Shown here: piece after piece, positions 30,989 to 32,000 of the stretch
Position numbering within the stretch: the stretch's first letter is position 1
Layout: every line of letters starts with the position of its first letter
Source of the DNA: Mycoplasmoides pneumoniae FH
GTDB taxonomy: Bacteria; Bacillota_I; Bacilli_A; Mycoplasmatales; Mycoplasmoidaceae
Assembly (NCBI RefSeq): GCF_001272835.1
Contig: NZ_CP010546.1
Span: 392,809-424,808 of the forward strand
Length of the DNA: 32,000 nt
Direction of reading: 5' to 3'
Program-made: the position numbers and the translations under genes
Notes under the pieces: generated by a model
What the model was told of the DNA's origin: nothing
The model's input: the letters and a program-made list of their open reading frames with translations, nothing else
The model's database searches: none

Positions 30989-32000
30989 TAATAATGGGAA
31001 TATTGAGGGCTTTAGCTTGTTCAAGTTTACGAGGTGTAGCCTTAATGCCAGCTAACACAAAATCAACTTTACTAGTGACGTTATTTGTAAAACGACAATC
31101 ATACTTATTGGCGAGCAAGTTTTTAATGGTATCGCGACTAATTGGAAAGCTGCCAGTAATAACAAAACTCTTTTGAAAGTAAATGCTCGCGGTGTCAAAG
31201 TTAGTGTTGCTCTTTAAAGCATCCATTTGCACTCCAACTGCTTTAAGTGCAGCTAACAGCTGTAAGTTATTGTCATTGTGAAACCAGTTAAACAACGATT
31301 CTGCCACAGTCGGTCCCACATCAGGGAGTTCTAACAGTGTTTCCATACTGGCGGATTGTAAGGCATCGATGTTTTCAAAGTGCTTCGTTAAGCTTTTGGC
31401 TAACACTTGCCCCACATGTTTAATGCCAAGCCCAGTTAACAAGCGTGCCATCCCCTTGGTTTTGGACTGTTCGATGCTGCTGATTAGTTTATTGAACAGC
31501 ACTTCACCAATTTTAAGTTCCAAGGCTAACACCGCGGCTTTGTGCTCCTTTAAGTGGTATAAATCAACGACGCTGCGCACTAAGTTATTTTCATACAGCT
31601 TACTAATGGTCTGGATACTTAGCCCCTGGATGTCCATAGCCGTTTTGGACACAAAGTAATTAATCGCTTCAAGGTTACGCTGGTCACAACGTTCATTGGT
31701 ACAGTACTGATCTACCTCATCCTTATACTGCACTAACGGGGCTTGACATGCCGGACAGTGGGTTTGTTCGGGAATCGGTTGATTCGCTGCTGTTCTTAAC
31801 GGTAAACACACCTCCAATACCTTAGGGATAATTTCCCCCGCTTTGTAAATTATCACTGTATCGTTTAAACGAATGTCCTTCTCCTTAATGTAGTCAAAGT
31901 TATGCAGTGTGGCTGCTGATACTACTGTCCCCTCTAAGTTAACTGGATCTAACTGCGCGGTATAGTTAATCTTGCCAGTGCGTCCCACTGTTACCAAGAC
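30969..32000 (-). CDS. ligA: NAD-dependent DNA ligase LigA, C-terminal two-thirds (the 5' end lies beyond the window)
   Basis: OB-fold region, Zn finger HCPACQAPLVQYKDEVDQYCTNERC, HhH repeats (GLGIKHVG, LPDVGPTVAES) and a BRCT domain (FVITGSF...). The frame reads through TGA 30975 to TAA 30969-30971. Confidence 0.95.

Noticed and set aside
1-32000. I searched for rRNA, tRNA, CRISPR arrays, IS elements or transposases, integrases and prophage genes.
   Set aside because: Coding sequence accounts for nearly all bases. The few spacers (13337-13476, 16300-16521, 17173-17413, 20551-20595) show no cloverleaf-like GC-rich segments. They have no regularly spaced direct repeats beyond the 19-bp tandem, and no recombinase-like ORFs.

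Overview
This window reads as a Mollicutes chromosome segment that uses translation table 4 (TGA = Trp). From memory, the gene order and protein sequences match the Mycoplasma pneumoniae MPN333-MPN357 region, but I could not run a search to confirm this. The supplied six-frame track was made with the standard code, so it splits almost every gene at TGA. I re-joined the pieces by hand-translating across each junction. This gives about 25 genes with almost no intergenic space. On the + strand: the 3' end of a large membrane protein, an ABC ATPase, a giant permease-like paralog, two tandem paralogous membrane proteins, a small membrane protein and two tandem UvrD/PcrA-like helicases. On the - strand: a nadD-yqeK fusion near the left end, and plsY, trmK-like, rpoD, dnaG, glyQS, a SpoU methyltransferase, cysS and ligA on the right. 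Between the second helicase and a 5-formyl-THF cyclo-ligase gene lies an AT-rich accessory block of about 8 kb (13337-21500). It carries a Type IC-like restriction-modification locus with intact hsdM and hsdS, a DUF16-type coiled-coil gene inserted between hsdS and hsdR, and an hsdR broken by an in-frame TAA plus a 1-nt frameshift. Directly downstream is a small ORF tightly coupled to a Doc-type Fic-fold protein (HKLSNGNKR). That is the best candidate for an uncharacterised toxin or defence module here. Other points worth a second look: a UvrD-like helicase that lacks the 2B domain and has a C-terminal hydrophobic tail, an A6-tract frameshift in the first gene, a tandem paralog pair with a CorA-like C-terminal 2-TM hairpin, and a perfect 19-bp tandem duplication upstream of hsdR. 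I saw no rRNA, tRNA, CRISPR array, transposase or integrase.
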